A stretch of 62,338 nt of DNA, filler included, from Chiloscyllium plagiosum (lineage: Eukaryota): the NCBI RefSeq assembly GCF_004010195.1. It is 4 parts of one record of this genome, joined end to end, with 100 filler letters (N's around TTAATTAATTAA, not from the genome) between each part and the next. Parts side by side here need not be neighbours in the genome. Positions count along the whole stretch, not along the records: positions 1 to 31,453 come from NC_057711.1; 3 more parts are not named here. One strand, written 5' to 3'. A program made the position numbers and the translations under genes. Under the pieces are notes generated by a model, which was not told where the DNA came from, ran no database searches, and saw only the letters and a list, made by a program, of their open reading frames with translations. Each line of letters begins with the position of its first letter. Position 1 is the stretch's first letter. Positions 13,074 through 26,099 of the stretch are shown here, piece after piece.

Positions 13074-15010
13074 AACATAAAACATAGAACTGTACAGAAC
13101 AGTACAGGCCCTTTGGCCCTTGATGTTGGGCCAACCTTTTGTCCTTCCCTAAGATCAAACGAACCTACATATCATTCATTTTACTAGCATTCATGTGCCT
13201 ATCCAAGTATCCCTTAAGTGCCCCTAATGTCTCTGACTCTACTACCACTGCCAGAAGAGTATTCCACGCACCCATCACTCTCTGTGTAAGCAACCGACCT
13301 CTGACATCTCCCCTAAACCTTCCTCCAATCACCTTAAAATTATGCCCCCTCATGATTGCCATTTCTACCCTGGGAAAAAGTCTCTGGTTATCCACTCTAT
13401 TAATGTCTCTCATTATCTTGTACACCTCTATCAAGTCACCTCTCATCCTTCTTTGCTCCAATGAGAAAAGTCCTGGCTCATTCAACCTTTCTTTATAAGA
13501 TATTCCCTCCAGTCCAGGCAGCATCCTGGTAAAACTCCTCTGCACCCTCTCTGGAGCTTCCACATTCTTCCCGTAATGAGATGACCAGAACTGAACACAG
13601 TATTCCAAGTGTGGTCTAACCTGGGCTTTATTGAGCTGTAGCTTAACCTCATAGCTTTTAAACTCACAAATGACAATTTCCCTCTTACTAGTGAATACTA
13701 AAGCAAAGTATTCATTAACGACCTCCCCTGCCTGCTCTGATTCCAGACACAGGTTCCCTGCATTATCCATGATCAGCCCTACTCTCACACTGGCCATCCT
13801 CTTGTTCCTCACGTAAGTGTAGAATGCCTTGGAGTTTTCCTTAATCCTACCCTCCAAGACTTTTTCATGTCCACCTTCTAGCTCTTCTAAGTCCATTCTT
13901 CAGTTTCTTCCTGGCTACCTTAAACCCTCTAGAGCCCTGTCTGGTCCTTGTCTCCTCAACTTTCAGTAAGCTTCCTTCTTCCTCTTGACCAGATGTTCCA
14001 CATCTCTTGTCATCTAAGGTTGCTTCACCCTCCCATCCCTTCCTTGCCTCAGTGGGACAAACCTATTCAGCACTCACAGCAAGTGTTTCCTAAACAACCT
14101 CCACATTTCTGTTGTGCATTTCTCTGAGAATATCTGTTCCCAATTTATTCTCCACAGTTCCTCTCTAATAGCATTGTAATTCCACTCACCCAATTAAATA
14201 CTTTTCAATACTGTCTGTTTCTATACCTCTCCATGACTATAGTAAAGGTCAGGAAGTTGTGATCACTATCACCGAAATGCTATCCCACTGAGTGATCTGA
14301 TACCTGACCAAATCCAATATTACCTACCCTCTAGTTGGCCTATCAACATATTGCGTCAGGAATCCTTCTTGGATACACCTGACAAAGTCTACTCTACCCA
14401 AACTATTTGAACTAAGGAGATTCCAATCAATATTAGGGAAGTTGAAATCACCCATGACAACCCTGTTACTTCTGAACCTTTTCTAAATCTTCCTCCCAAT
14501 CTGCTTCTCCGTGTCTGTGTTGCTATTGGCGGGGGTGGGCGGGGGGGGGGGCGCAGTCTGTAGAAAACTCCCAATAAAGTGACTGCTCCTTTCCTGTTTC
14601 TGACTTCCACCCATACTGACTTAGTAGACAAACCTCCTCGATGACCTCCCTTTCTGCAGCGGTGATACTATTCCTGATTAGTAATGCCACTCCCCTGCCT
14701 CTTTTACTTTTCTCCTTATTCCTTTTGAAACATCTAAACCCTGGAGCATCCAACAACCATTCCTGCTCCTGTGATATCCTGGTCTCTGTAATGGACACAA
14801 CATTGTGGCTCCAAGTGCTGATCCATGCTCTAAGTTCACCACCCTTATTCCTGACACTCCTTGTGTTAAAATAGACACACTTCAACCCATCACACTGACT
14901 GCTACTTTGCCTTATCAACTGTCTATCCTTCCTTACAGTCTCTCTGCATGCTGTATCTGCCTATTCACCAGCTACCCCATCCTCTGATTTGTAGCTCCGG
15001 TTCCCATCCC
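13074..15010 (-). mobile_element. CR1 LINE with APE endonuclease region and internal deletion of the RT core
   Basis: ORF 14523-14918 has the endonuclease N-terminus (LKCVYFNTRSVRNK...ITET). ORF 13165-13896 joins IKENSKAFYTYVRNKR to [11 protein letters not shown]. The (ctatgtt)-type tail is at ~13075. Confidence 0.92.
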
Positions 15011-15245
15011 AAAATAAAACTCTGGCCAAGTTGGAATCATGTAGCCATTGTCAAAGGTTGGAAAAACAATCTGCTTCATTAATGTCCTTGAGGGAAGGAA
15101 ATCCACCATCTTCTCTGGTCTGGCCTGGATGTGACTCCAGACCACACCAATGTAATTGACTCTTAACTATCTTCTGGACAATTAGAAATGGGCCACAGTG
15201 CTTGCCTAGTCAGAAATGCTCTCATCCAATGAATGAATTTAATAA
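15010..15245 (+). mobile_element. Old SINE (second family)
   Basis: gggaaggaaatc...ggtctggcct...gtgactccagacc core and aatgaatgaat tail. Confidence 0.6.
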
Positions 15246-18200
15246 ATAGTAGAGAAAATGACACACATGATTTTGGCTGTGTCTGAACTTATTGAGACCA
15301 ATATCTATTGAGGCTTCTCATTGTTACATAGTTTGATTCTGACTTTAAAAATTTGATAATCTCTCCAATTCTGCACCACCTACTCTTCAAAAATCACTGA
15401 TAATGAAAAACAATGGCTGCTGGATTCATGCTGTGGTCATGGAAACTCCTCCATTCCATTCAGTTTTGTCAGTTGAAAACTCATGTTGCTTGTCTTTAGT
15501 GAAATCCTCAGTTATACTTGTGCCTCATGAATTCAATGTTCATATTTTTACACCATGTCAAATGTTGCATAATTTATTTTAGTTGCTTTTCCAAGAATTT
15601 ATTACATTACAGCCTTTGGATATATGGGGGCAAGAACAAGAATGAATAGTGGTAAAAAATGGAAGCTAAACTTTACACACAGAAAAAATAGAGCACTTCA
15701 TAGTCTTAAGAAAGAAAGAATGTGCATTTATGTTACTGGACATCTTGTTGAATGCCCTGTGTTTAAAATTATCATGAATAGAAAAGAAAATCCCACCCAC
15801 TTTTCAAAACAACTGATCAGTTCTTGTGATAACCCATTTTAGGTCCATGTAGAATCATTAATCTCCGTGTGGAGCTTGTTGAGAATGAGTTCCCTTGGTA
15901 ACAGGCTAGCTAGAACTCATCAACTGAGCCCTTTATGAAGCAGATGTATGCCGGCTGTCTGCTCTTCTGCTGTTAGCTTCAGACCAGGTTGTCCTTGGAG
16001 ATGGAGTAGTATCCATCAATGCTCCCAATGCCTTTGGAGAGAGGTAGACACTGTAGGGGATACAGTGTTTTATTCCCTCTCAAAATCTAAATGCATTTAG
16101 ACCCTTCTCCCTCTACCTACCCCTCCCTCATTTTTAATGGTTTGTTTTGCCCATAATGGCATTTGAATGTAAATATCCAGTTGGCCACATGAGTGATGTA
16201 ATGGTGGCAGTTAATCACTGAAAACAAAAAAAAAATGCAACAGTGATTTGGTGTTGGAAAAAGAAATTTGGTTGTGTGTGATAACACTTCTGGATAGAAT
16301 AAAAAAAGAAACAAACTAAAATAAAATGCACCCATTGGGCACCATAGAGTATACAGTGCTTTAGCTCCCTTTCGAACTCTGTTTTGATTTAGCTCTTACC
16401 ATTTCTGTCTACCTTTCGCCCACCTTCTGATGGTTTGCATTGTTCTTAACAGACTTTTCAGGTAAGTATCGAATTGGCAATTAATCCCCAGTGGAAGGGT
16501 CTCTATGTGGGAGTCCTCCCATCTTTCATCAGGGACATTGGGGTGGAGGGTGTTGCGTGCAGTGGTTCACTGTCTCCCAGCCTATCTGTTTATTTTATGG
16601 CACTTTGGACCATATATATATTGGGTGAGGGTGATCACACCCCATTTGTAGTCATTTGAGAGATCTTTTATTCTGTGTTTAGTTGCACTTCAACACTACT
16701 CTTCCTATAATCTTACACTCTGGGGGCATCTGGTTCAGAAGGGTGTAGGCTTGTTCCTGGGCCTAGTCAGCTGGCTATAAACAGCAGAGGTCAAGGCAGT
16801 GGGCTATGGAGGAGGTCAAAGCTGCTATCTGCCCCTTGTTTGTAGTTACGCTCATGCCGAGGTGTTCTTGAAGAGAGAGCATGCAGTGGCCACCAACACT
16901 CTTGATCTCTTTAAAGAGAGGTGGGCACTGCAGGCGACAATTGCTTATCTTCCTTTCCAATCTATCTATCTATAACTCTATTTCGATTCAACACCTTCCC
17001 CCTCTCCCTCCAACATCAACATAATGGATTGCATTGCCCTTAACGGGTTTTATATGTAAATTATACAATTGGAAACACAGGCAATTTACTGGGTTGTGGG
17101 TAATAGACAAAAAAATGGTAATTTAGTCAGATAAAAAATAAACACTCAGTTTTGTTTAAGAACACTTCTGGACACAAAGAAAAAGAATAAACTGTCTTGG
17201 GCTGGGACTAGCCTATGTATGCCACAACTAGGAGCTCTATTTTGGTTTTCAACAACAAATGATGTTCCTTTCCAGTCAGGCATCCTTAGTTACTACAGTT
17301 CTTTCAAAATAACAACAAATAAGGAAAATGCATGAATATAATTCTAAAAACTCTTATTTTCCCCCATTCTCTTTTGTACCAATTATTTCCTTTTCCATTA
17401 GTCTTCTCCCTTTATCTATCTTCTCCCTCATTTTCTTACCTACTGACAGTGGATTTTGGCATTGCATCTGATTATTAACAAAACAAAACATCAAAAACCT
17501 GAACTTTTAGTGTGGAAGTTATAGGTACAAAATTAGTTGAGTTAATTTAAAATTTACCATTTATCTATCATATAATCTTTGTGTTTCAAATCACTGTTAA
17601 GGAAGTTCATTTTGGAAACACATACTCTGACAATTTGAACTTCAAATGTTCACAAGACATTCTTTAAAAGTGAAATCATTTTTGAAATTTCTGGTTATTT
17701 GATTTTTTTAAAAATATAGGAATGATACAAAAGTTACAATGATCATAGAAGTGTAAATGCAATTTGTGCACTGTGTGAACCACACATGTATGCCACCATG
17801 TGCTGAGATTGAACATCTTGAACTTAAATGTTTTACATTCCCAAGTCACTGCATATACAAAGGATTGTAACAAAGCACTTTGCAGGATAATGCACATATA
17901 AGCACCAAGCCAGACAGAAGAAGTGAAGCATAAGATTAAGAGAAGATAAAAACATGATGAGAAGTTGCATTACAAGACCAAGAAAGCAATATTGCTGGGG
18001 AAGGTTTCAGAAAACTGGTATAAGGATACTAAAGGAGTGTCCATAAATGGAACAGACACCAAGAGGAGGGCAATGTAAGAGAAACAGAGAATGCAATGAT
18101 AGGACATACAGCGGAAGAGGTTGTAGAAGTAAGGAGGAAGGATTTAGAGGCAAGGATGAGAATCAACATTCAAATCAAGAGATATTGGAAATCAGTGAGT

Positions 18201-18654
18201 TGTTCGAGGATGAGATTGATGAGAATATAAGTCAGTGGTTAGGATGTTATCATCTGTATATGGTTCACAACATTCCATCTGGAACAAAGCCCTTTCCTAT
18301 TCCCCTCACAATTACAATTAAAATTCTAAGCATCAATGGTGTCGATGGGAATCACTTACAATTCAGCAAGGGGGAAGCTTTTCAATCGTAAAACCCACAG
18401 TCAGCTCACAAAGCAACAAATAAAGGTGGGCTATAAAAAATCCTCCTCAACCAATAATGAGGTTTTGCATCATGGCCATCATTTTTCTGCTCATGTATAT
18501 TACCATTAATGTAATACTTAAAAGCACAAGGATGGCAAAAGGGATTTTTAAAATTAAATTGCACTGGAAATAATACACATTTCATTGGTTTCACCTTGTT
18601 CATGTGTACATTATCAATATTTGTTGGGCCTAGCTTTTGTCATAAACATAAATA

Positions 18655-19710
18655 TAAGAACATAAGAACTAGGAACAGGAATAGGTAATTCAGCCCTTCG
18701 AGCCTGCTCCACCATTTAATATGATCATGGCTAACTTCATCTCAGCCTCAATTCCATCATAACCTTTAAACATATACTAATTAAAAATCTATTTCCCTCC
18801 CTCTTACACTTATTCAATGCCCAGGCATCCAGCCCACATCTGAGTCATGAATTTCACAAATTCACAGTCTTTTGAAAAAAGTAATTTCTCCTCATCCATT
18901 TTAATCCTGCAAACCCTTACCCTAAAACTATGTCTTTGCATTTGTATTCTGAGGAAGGGCCACTCGACCTGAAATGTTAACTCTGATTTCTCTCCACAGG
19001 TGCTGCCAGATCTGCATAGCAACTTCTGTTTCACGTCCTCTCATTCTCGATTGCCCTACATAAGGGAACATCCTTTCTACATCTACTTTGTCAATCCCCC
19101 TTACTATCTTATAAACCTAAAGTAGATCTCCTCTCATACTTCCAAACTCCAGACAGTATCGACCTAAACTACTCAACTTCTTTTTATAAGACAAACCCCT
19201 CACCTCTGGAATCAATCTAGTGAACCTCCTCTGAACTGCCTCTAATACAGCGACATTCCTCCTCAAGTAAAGGGGACAACGACTGTAGGCAATACACCAG
19301 GTGTCACTTCACTAATACCTTGTGTAGTTGAAGCAACACTTCTCTACTTTTATACTCTATTCCGTTAGCAATAAATTTCAAATACCATTTGCCTACCTTA
19401 TTACTTGCTGTATTTGAAGAGTAGTTTTCTGCAAATCATGCACAAGGACATCCAGCTCTCTCTACATTGAAGCTCTTTGAATTTTTTCTCCATTTTGATA
19501 ATAATGTGCCTTTCTAATCCTCCGACCACAGTAGATAACTTATTCACATTCCAATTCATCTGTCAAAGTTTGGCCCATTCACCTAACCTATCCATATCCA
19601 TTTGTAATTTCTTATTTCTTCCTCTCCCAAGTATTTTAGTGTCATCGGAAAAATTGGATATAGTACTTTCTATCTCTGCATCCAAGTCATTAATATAGAC
19701 TGTCAATAGT
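18655..19710 (-). mobile_element. CR1 LINE 3' portion
   Basis: ORF 19563-19769 has YINDLD...ISNFSDDTK (RT catalytic region). The (ataagaac)n tail is at 18655. Confidence 0.88.
18945..19033 (+). mobile_element. PLE fragment (family B) nested in CR1
   Basis: ttCTGAGGAagggccactcgacctGAAAtgttaactctg...gctgccagatctg. Confidence 0.6.
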
Positions 19711-20815
19711 AAGTCATTACAAATATACAGGGAAATGAAGGTCGAACAAGGATGACACAGCATATACATGGAATTAAGGCTGTGGTTTATATATGGTTGA
19801 GAAAATCCTGGTCTGTCTTATCCTACTCCCTAAGAGACCTCCTTCCCTCTAAGTCTCTCTTTCATTTATTGAACTGCTCCAACTGCCCTGCTTTGTGCCC
19901 TCCCTTGCTGTTGACACCCACTGCTGGATGTTCTGGCACAAACTCCCCACGTGCCCCACTTGGCGTCTTTGTTTAATCATCACCACCTGCTGCCAGTGGT
20001 TCCACTATATTAAGGTTTCTTCAACAACCGGATTAACTGTCATTTTACTCAAGGGATATTGGACATTGGAGTAAAATAGAAACTCCTTGTTCAATCATTT
20101 TAACCATCCTGTATCACAAATCATTCAACCCTGATAATGTTTAAACCTAAAAGCTACTGATGTAGGTCAGAAAACAATTGCGTCAGGAGGACTTGATGTA
20201 TAATAATATGGTAATATTGGAGATTGCTTATTTTATTGGATGAACAGAAACTATTAGACAAGTTGCTGCCATTCCACATTATTTGTAGCAGGCTTCCATG
20301 GTCTTCTGTAAGGTGTTGACATCAAAGGCAGGGGTTGGAATAGTGGAGAAGCATAAGTGGGGCTAGACCAATGGTGAAATCATATGAACTGCCTCAGATG
20401 GGTTTAAAGTATCATTTCTTTTGAAATGCCAGGCAGGAAGCAATAGGTTAGACTGATTAGTATTTAGATAACAGAATGCCTGTTGCACAGAGATGAAACT
20501 GGGAAGGTGCTGAACAGCTTTGATTGTTCACTGATCAGGGTAGACATGTTGCTACAGGGAATGATGCACCAAGAGGGAAACACCATCAATGCAGTTTAGT
20601 TTCTTTGCTCGCTTGAAAACAGCAAATTTGCACAAATGTTTTTTCAGGTCAAAACAAGAAGTAAAATCCATGGAGAAAGTATTGAAACCTAACAGCGATT
20701 GACAAATGAGATACTGAATTCTACCAAGAGAAAAACACAGGTAAAGTCTGTTCTTGATTTATGCCATTAGTTATTGATTGAATACCTGCATGTATTAATC
20801 TAATGTAATGATATG

Positions 20816-21883
20816 GTTCAGGTTGTAAGTTACCTCGCTGAGCTGGAAGGTTTGTTTTCAGATGTTTCGCCACCATGCTAAGTAACATCATCAGTGAGCC
20901 TCCAGTGAAGTATTGGTGTTCTGTCCCACTTTCTATTCATGTGTCTTGGTCTCTTAAGGTGGGTGATCTCATTTCCGATTCTTTTTCTCAGAGATTAGTA
21001 AATGGGGTCCAAATTGATGTGTTTATTGATGGAGTTCTGGTTTAAATGCGAGGCTTCTAAGAATTCCCTTGCATGTCTCTGTTTAGCCTGTACTAGTATT
21101 GTCTCCATTGAAGTGGTGTCCTTCTTCATCCATCTGTAAGTATACTGGTAATAGTAGATCATGTCTTTTGGTGGCTAGTTGGTGTTTGTGTATCCTGGTG
21201 GCTAGTTTTCTACCTGTCTATCTGCTGTAGTGTTTGTTACAGTCCTTGCAGGATATTTTGTAAATGACATTCATTTTGCTGGCTGCTGGTATAGGATCCT
21301 TTAAGTTCATCAGTAGCTGTTTCAGTATGTTGGTAGGTTTGTGGGCTACCATCATAAAGGACCCTATACCAAAAACCATCAAAACGAATGTCATTTACAA
21401 AATACCTTGCAAGGACTGTAACAAACACTACATTGGACAGACAGGTAGGAAACTAGCCACCAGGATACACGAACACCAACTAGCCACCAAAAGACATGAC
21501 CCATTGTAACTAGTATCCTTACATACAGTCGACAAGGAACACCAATTCAACTGGGACAACACATTCATCCTAGGACAGGCCAAACAGAGACATGCATGGG
21601 AATTCCTAGAGTTCTGGCGTTCAAACTGGAACTCCATCAATAAACACATCGATTTGGACCCCATTTACCAACCTCTGAGAAAAAGAACCAGAAATGATAT
21701 CACCCACCTTAAGAGACCAAGACACATAAATAGAAAGCAGGACAGAACACCAACGTTTCACCAGAGGTTCACTGATGATGTAACGTAACATGGTGACGAA
21801 ACGTCTGAAAACAAATCTGCCAGTTCAGTGAGCAAACTTACAATCTGAACCTCAACCTGAGCTACAAATCTTCTCAAAAATCA
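20816..21883. mobile_element. Penelope-like retroelement (family C): inverted pair of 5'-truncated copies with GIY-YIG endonuclease remnant
   Basis: The + arm from ~21352 encodes KDPIP...NVIYKIPCKDCNKHYIGQTGRKLATRIHEH (GIY-YIG). 20816-21350 is its diverged reverse complement. Confidence 0.92.
21768..21809 (+). ncRNA. Minimal type-I hammerhead ribozyme motif
   Basis: TTCA-CTGATGA-(stem II t gtaac...gtgac)-GAAA-CG-TC^TGAA. It has a 4-bp stem I, an intact core, palindromic ACGT stem III and a GUC site. Stem II is partly mismatched. Confidence 0.8.
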
Positions 21884-22607
21884 TAGTCATATGGTCTCAA
21901 ACCATTTCCTTCACAAATTACTAAGTCTTATCATTGGATAAGCGGCAGGACAGAATGTCAACAACTCAAACACCAAATTGTGACACTGAAGGGAATTCCA
22001 TTTTTAGAAGGTCTGATATGTGTTCATAAATTTTAAAAATTTTTACAGGATTTCAGGAATCCTGAATGGAATTTTAACCTGCAGGAAGACATGAACGGTG
22101 CAGCTGTGAAGCTAAAACCAGAAAAATATTGATAATAAACCACCAACTTGGAGGCTTAATTTGAATCAGTAGACTCTCACTATTAACTCCCTCATAAGAG
22201 GCCAGTTGTCTATTAACATATGCTAATCAATAAATTGAAGCAACATTTAAACTGACCTTTAAATCCAACAGTGCATCCACAGGTTCCCTGCTTCCTGAAA
22301 CTCAACAGGCCATAGAGTATAGCGGTAATTAAGGGGCTGATTAAAACTCAGATACTACAAAAAAATTTTATTCTCATTTCTGATTTTGTAAAACTGAGTG
22401 GGAAAGGATTTGTTTACATTATTTTGTTGAGAGTCAGCTTCCCACATTTGCAGATTTTCTCAATCACATCAGGATAAATAATGTTAGTTTGTCTTATATT
22501 CAGCAAAGGACGAAAGAGCATATGACAGCAACACTAGTCCCAGCAGTAGCAGCCTACTGTTCAGAGACCTTAAGCTAGACAGCAAAGAAGGCACCAGCAG
22601 AGCAAAG

Positions 22608-22963
22608 CTGAAAAATGTGCTGCTGGAAAAGCACAGCAGGTCAGGCAGCATCCAAGGAGCAGGAGAATCGACGTTTCGGGCATAAGCCCTTCTTCAGGAC
22701 AGCCCTCCATTCTGTACCAATGTACCAGCTTTACAGAGGCAGTTTCCCTGATGCAATCCTTGGAGCCAATAGACAGAGGCGCTTTACTCCAGGAATCAGA
22801 ACTCTTCACTGTATCCCAGTGATCCAAGTGAGGGGGCATTATGAAGGGCTTATGCCCGAAACATCGATTCTCCTGCTCCTTGGATGCTGTCTGACCTGCT
22901 GCGCTTTTCTAGCAACACATTTTTCAGCTCTGATCTCCAGCATCTGCAGTCCTCACTTTCTAT
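22608..22963. mobile_element. Fold-back PLE derivative (family A) with captured local DNA in the loop
   Basis: Arms at 22608-22699 and 22841-22961. TSD cagcagagcaaag at 22595-22607 and 22964-22976. The loop 22700-22840 is an inverted copy of 23338-23465. Confidence 0.9.
22666..22699 (-). ncRNA. Minimal type-I hammerhead ribozyme motif
   Basis: Reverse complement TC-CTGAAGA-aGGGCttatGCCC-GAAA-CG-TC^GAtt, with intact core and stem II. Confidence 0.75.
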
Positions 22964-24275
22964 CAGCAGAGCAAAGAACAGTAAATAGGGAAGCTGCTCA
23001 TAGAAGGGTCTGCTGCAATTAGTCTGCAGCATACACTGGACAGGCATGAACTGAAGGCAGGATTTTACTGTGAGATCCAGGATCACAAAGTAAATGGAGT
23101 CAAGGTCCCAAGCTCACACTGTCAGAAGTGCACTATGATCTTCCTTGAAGCAGACTGTTAAAGCTAGTAGATAGGGTTTTGATTCTGCTGGTTCAATCAC
23201 CAGACTGACAACTAAAAGCCATGACAGCACCACCAATGAGAAGTGAGCGTTGTTGAGTAGTGTTGGGAACTATGAGGATGTCTTGGCATAACAGCACCCT
23301 CAGAGGTGAAAAGACATCAAGCCCTTCACGTGGAAGGAATGCCCCCTCACTTGGATTACTGGGATACAGTGGAGAGTTCTGATTCCTGGAGTAAAGCGCC
23401 TCTGTCTATTGGCTCCAAGGATTGCATCAGGGAAACTGCCTCCATTGGTACAGAATGGAGGGCTGCCCTGCCATGTGCAAAATACCAATGAGGTGAGACC
23501 ATAACATATTTGGGAATTTTATTATTTAGCTTGGTTTCCTGCCTCTATGGTATATCTGTTCCTGTCTAAACCTGGAAAACCTCCCTAGTGGTGGGAATGT
23601 CTCAGGGAGCCAAACCAACTTAGCTTCCCACTATTTTGACAAGCCCTTACCTCCACTGTATCCTTTATCAAGGAACCATGGATTCTGTGTCCTGAACATC
23701 TGTGATAAGAGCAAACTGCAATGTGGCAGGAAGCTCAGGGAGATGTGAGATAACAGCTAACCCCTACAGTCTGCTAGAAGATTTAATGGCAATTTGACAT
23801 TATGACCACGCACTATCAATGGCTATCAATGTCACTGTCAGCCAAAATTCATTTGCCTACGAATCCTTCAAGGCAGCTGCCAAAGATATATCCAGAGTTT
23901 CCTGGGCAACAGCCAACAAATGTGGAAGAAAGCAAATTATTGTTTGAATGGTTGTAAATTCAGAGGCGAGGGGGTAGGAGGGAATGTTCAATGAGACCTA
24001 GGTTTCCTTGTGCAAACGTCACTATTTGGTGGCAATGTGATTAGACCCAGGGAACCAGACATGGACAGTAAATGCCTAAAGTGAAGCTCAATTGCAGGAA
24101 ATCTGGAGGCCAACCCAGGGATCTGAAACCAGAGATGGTGGAGATACCAAAAATGTAGCTCAGTAAAGGTAAGTGCCAGCCAATGACAGACTTCAATACA
24201 CATCTAGGCACCAACCACAAAATGAGAAAGTCAGTGCAAGACCTGAAAAAAAATGTAGGAGATGGTCCACAACGA

Positions 24276-25809
24276 GTCAGGAATAAAAGAATGACTAGGG
24301 TAGGAATAGGTCCAGTCAAGGATAGTAGTGGGAAGTTGCGTGTGGAGGCTGAAGAGATTGGGGAGACACTGAATGAATACTTTTCATCAGTATTCACTCA
24401 GGAACAGGACATTGTTGCCGATGTGAATACTGAGTCACAATTAATTAGAATGGATGGCTTTGAGGTATGTAGGGAAGAGGTGTTGGAAATTCTTGAAAGG
24501 GTGAAAATAGATAAGTCCCCTGGGCCTGATGGCATTTATCCTAGGATTCTCTGGGAAGCAAGGGAGGAGATTGCAGAGCCATTGGCCTTGATTTTTATGT
24601 CCTCGTTGTCTAAAGGAATAGTGCCAGAAGACTGGAGGATAGCAAATGTCAGGAATAAAAGAATGACTAGGGTAGGAATAGGTCCAGTCAAGGATAGTAG
24701 TGGGAAGTTGCATGTGGAGGCTGAAGAGATTGGGGAGACACTGAATGAATACTTTTCTTCAGTATTTACTCAGGAACAGGGCATTGTCGTCGATGTGAAT
24801 ACTGAGTCACAAATAAGTAGAATGGATGGCTTTGAGGTATGTAGAGAAGAGATGTTGGAAATNNNNNNNNNNNNNNNNNNNNNNNNNNNNNNNNNNNNNN
24901 NNNNNNNNNNNNNNNNNNNNNNNNNNNNNNNNNNNNNNNNNNNNNNNNNNNNNNNNNNNNNNNNNNNNNNNNNNNNNNNNNNNNNNNNNNNNNNNNNNNN
25001 NNNNNNNNNNNNNNNNNNNNNNNNNNNNNNNNNNNNNNNNNNNNNNNNNNNNNNNNNNNNNNNNNNNNNNNNNNNNNNNNNNNNNNNNNNNNNNNNNNNN
25101 NNNNNNNNNNNNNNNNNNNNNNNNNNNNNNNNNNNNNNNNNNNNNNNNNNNNNNNNNNNNNNNNNNNNNNNNNNNNNNNNNNNNNNNNNNNNNNNNNNNN
25201 NNNNNNNNNNNNNNNNNNNNNNNNNNNNNNNNNNNNNNNNNNNNNNNNNNNNNNNNNNNNNNNNNNNNNNNNNNNNNNNNNNNNNNNNNNNNNNNNNNNN
25301 NNNNNNNNNNNNNNNNNNNNNNNNNNNNNNNNNNNNNNNNNNNNNNNNNNNNNNNNNNNNNNNNNNNNNNNNNNNNNNNNNNNNNNNNNNNNNNNNNNNN
25401 NNNNNNNNNNNNNNNNNNNNNNNNNNNNNNNNNNNNNNNNNNNNNNNNNNNNNNNNNNNNNNNNNNNNNNNNNNNNNNNNNNNNNNNNNNNNNNNNNNNN
25501 NNNNNNNNNNNNNNNNNNNNNNNNNNNNNNNNNNNNNNNNNNNNNNNNNNNNNNNNNNNNNNNNNNNNNNNNNNNNNNNNGTATAGGACAGATGTTAGGG
25601 GTAAATTCTTTACTCAGTGAGTCGTGAGTTCATGGAATGCCCTGCCAGTCGCAGTGGTGGACTATCCCTCTTTATGGGCATTTAAACGGGCATTGGATAG
25701 GCATATGGAGGATAGTGGGCTAGTGTAGGTTAGGTGGGCTTGGATCGGCGCAACATCGAGGGCCAAAGGGCCTGTACTGCGCTGTATTTTTCTATGTTCT
25801 ATGTTCTAT
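24276..25809 (+). mobile_element. Young 5'-truncated CR1 LINE spanning an assembly gap
   Basis: DKSPGPDGIYPRILWE...VPEDWRIANV. After the gap come YRTDVRGKFFTQ, the gggccaaagggcc stem-loop and a (ctatgtt)n tail. Confidence 0.93.
24863..25580. other. Assembly gap (718 N)
   Basis: Run of N. Confidence 1.
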
Positions 25810-26099
25810 GAGTAAGCAATAGGGAGTATTCAAATGACTACAGTAAGTAACATGTTACAGAAATTGAAAGTGAGTACATTAACAAATGTGTGAAGGAATA
25901 TGGTGAAGTTGAAGCCATAAGGTGGTCCATCAGCCAGTTTTATGGAAGCTTATCAGATCAAAGATTGAAAATAGAAAATTAAACACGGACCACTTAGTCT
26001 GCGGGAATCCCAGCAGCAGAGAACACAGGTACAGAATAAACTCTTCACAGGGAAGAATGTGGAAGACGCAGAGTAGGAATTGAACATTCCTGTTGGTGC

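Noticed and set aside
24183..25620. 467-aa and 264-aa ORFs
   Set aside because: Their length is inflated by the N gap, and the real part is CR1 ORF2.
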